Below, one piece after another: positions 62,420 through 64,000 of a stretch of DNA of 64,000 nucleotides; position 1 is the stretch's first letter, and the number at the start of each line of letters is the position of its first letter. Where the stretch lies: assembly GCF_016432865.1 (NCBI RefSeq), contig NC_067401.1, positions 38,936,001 to 39,000,000 on the forward strand, in the 5' to 3' direction. Position numbers and translations under genes: made by a program. This DNA comes from Antechinus flavipes. Taxonomy: Eukaryota. The notes under the pieces are model-generated. The model worked only from the letters and a program-made list of their open reading frames with translations, did not search any database and was not told where the DNA came from.

Positions 62420-62670
62420 TCCTCTTCATACATTTTTGTTTTTACGTCATGTCTGACTGTGATGCCATTTAGGGTTTTCTTGGCAGAAACACTGGAATGG
62501 TTTGCCATTTCCTTCTCCAGCTCATTTGACAAAAGAGGAAAACAAAGTAAACAGGGTTAAGTGACTTGCCTAGAGTCACATAGCTCAGTAAGTATTTCAG
62601 GCAAGATTTGAAAGCAGGAAGATGAGTCTTTCTTGATTTCCAAGCCTGGAGCTCTGTCTATTTTGCCACC
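62420..62670 (-). mobile_element. MAR1-like CORE-SINE
   Basis: gggttttcttggcagaaacactggaatggtttgccatttccttctccagctc. Confidence 0.8.
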
Positions 62671-63394
62671 AACTGCTCATTATCCACATGTAAATAATGT
62701 GAAATGACATATGTTGAATTATATTCTCAAGTTCCAATGATACCTCTCACCTAACCTCATCCCAGTTCTCCTCAGATCCTTTTTTTTTTTTTTTTTTTTC
62801 CGAAAATAGCTCAGGCCTTAAAATTCATGCCTTTTAAAGAATGATTTTCATAAAGAATAGAATGATAGTTCAGGCCTAAAGACTAATAATATATGCCTGG
62901 AATAATCCTAAGCACAGACTGAATGTTCAACAAATACCTGCTGATTAATTTGACTTCTGCAGGGTCAACTGTGACAAGCGTGGCTTTTATTTGACTGGGG
63001 TGAGAGTGTGAGCTTACAAATTTGGGACATGGAGGGAGTGAAAGGGAGAAAAACTATTTATCTGCATCCAAGAGAGAAGGGACTCAAGCAGCTAAGCACT
63101 AAAAACACCCAATCCCACAAATAGTTAACTTGATGGATTCATGCAAATTTTATAGACTTGGGTTTGAGAAGAGGAAAGAGACTAAAGAATCTACAAATGG
63201 CCAATTGAGGTACAGACAAGGTGAGGTTCTGTTCACATTCTAAAACTGCTCATTACATGAACATCTACTTAACATGAGACCCTGTGCTAAGTATGGTGAC
63301 AAGTATAAAAAAGGTATAAAGACAGGCTTTCATCAGGAGCTTTCAGGCTAGTAGAATTTTAATGGAATACATTGAAGAAAATTTGGCTGCCTAC

Positions 63395-63481
63395 CTCTTG
63401 TATGTATTGAACTTCACTTTTCAGCTGATCAATATTCTTCTCATGGATGACTTTGTCACCAGTTTTCCCCTTCAAGTAAAC
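63395..63481 (-). CDS. TUFT1: TUFT1 exon 4, VYLKGKTGDKVIHEKNIDQLKSEVQYIQE
   Basis: 87 nt. Acceptor ccaaatacag, donor GAG|gtaggc. Near-identical to human VYLKGRSGDKMIHEKNINQLKSEVQYIQE. Confidence 0.97.
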
Positions 63482-63799
63482 CTGTATTTGGGGAATGAAA
63501 GAGTTCTAGTTACAAAGAATCACAGTCAGATCAGGCCCACCAACTCCCCTTGCCCAGCACCTGTTTTTCAATAAACACAGAAGATCTGGAAGGAACCCGG
63601 GAAGATCATCTAAGCCATGTCCCTTCTTCATGCCCAAGTCATGTCAGGCAGATCACCATTGACCCCTTCTTGGAGATCTCTAATTCTGGAACTTCTTCCA
63701 TTTTCTAACCACAAGATTGCTTTTTGCAACATCAGTCCCTTGCCATCTTTTTGACCTTCAATGAAAAGTGTGGAGAAAGGAAAGGGGAACAGTATTTAC

Positions 63800-63901
63800 C
63801 TTGATGATTTCCTCATGCCCATCATTAGATTCTACCAGCTCTGATGACAGGGAATGACTGACTGATCTGCCGGACACCATCTTGTAGGACTTTGGAACTG
63901 G
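63800..63901 (-). CDS. TUFT1: Tuftelin 1 coding exon (human exon 3 equivalent), PVPKSYKMVSGRSVSHSLSSELVESNDGHEEIIK
   Basis: 102 nt. Acceptor ttttctttag, donor AAG|gtaaat. Matches human TUFT1 ...HSLASELVESHDGHEEIIK as recalled. Confidence 0.95.
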
Positions 63902-64000
63902 CTAAAGAAAAGAAGGAGAAAGGTTCAAATAAAACCTGACTAAAGCAAGTTAAATAGCCCAAAATCGATAGTTCTCAACACAACATCAACACAGAAAAGC

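Overview
This is eukaryotic genomic DNA. The SINE and L1 3' ends look marsupial, probably dasyurid (Tasmanian-devil-like); that is an inference from repeat recognition. The right half (34.4-64 kb) carries TUFT1 (tuftelin 1) on the minus strand. I mapped eleven coding exons by hand (equivalent to human exons 3-13; 1044 nt, 347 aa plus stop). All have GT-AG sites, consistent phases and an AATAAA signal at 34401-34406. Exons 1-2 lie beyond the window end. The left half is AT-rich and dense in transposable elements. It holds a 5'-truncated ZDHHC3 processed pseudogene and a decayed class I endogenous retrovirus (integrase end, ERV3/HERV-E/HERV-I-like env, PPT, 3' LTR). There are two further copies of the same LTR, one nested inside another LTR, plus many L1, L2, L3/CR1, RTE and SINE fragments. 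The best leads are a TATA/Inr/CCAAT promoter-like module with paired TAATCC sites in TUFT1 intron 7, an in-frame 18-nt candidate microexon, and a 6-nt shift of the exon 6 donor. Other leads are a microhomology-flanked templated insertion, repeated antisense L1-into-L1 insertion at one homologous site, and an octamer-bearing LTR cluster. I found no CRISPR array, rRNA or tRNA gene, and no wholly new gene system that I can support. Human comparisons are from memory, not from database searches.
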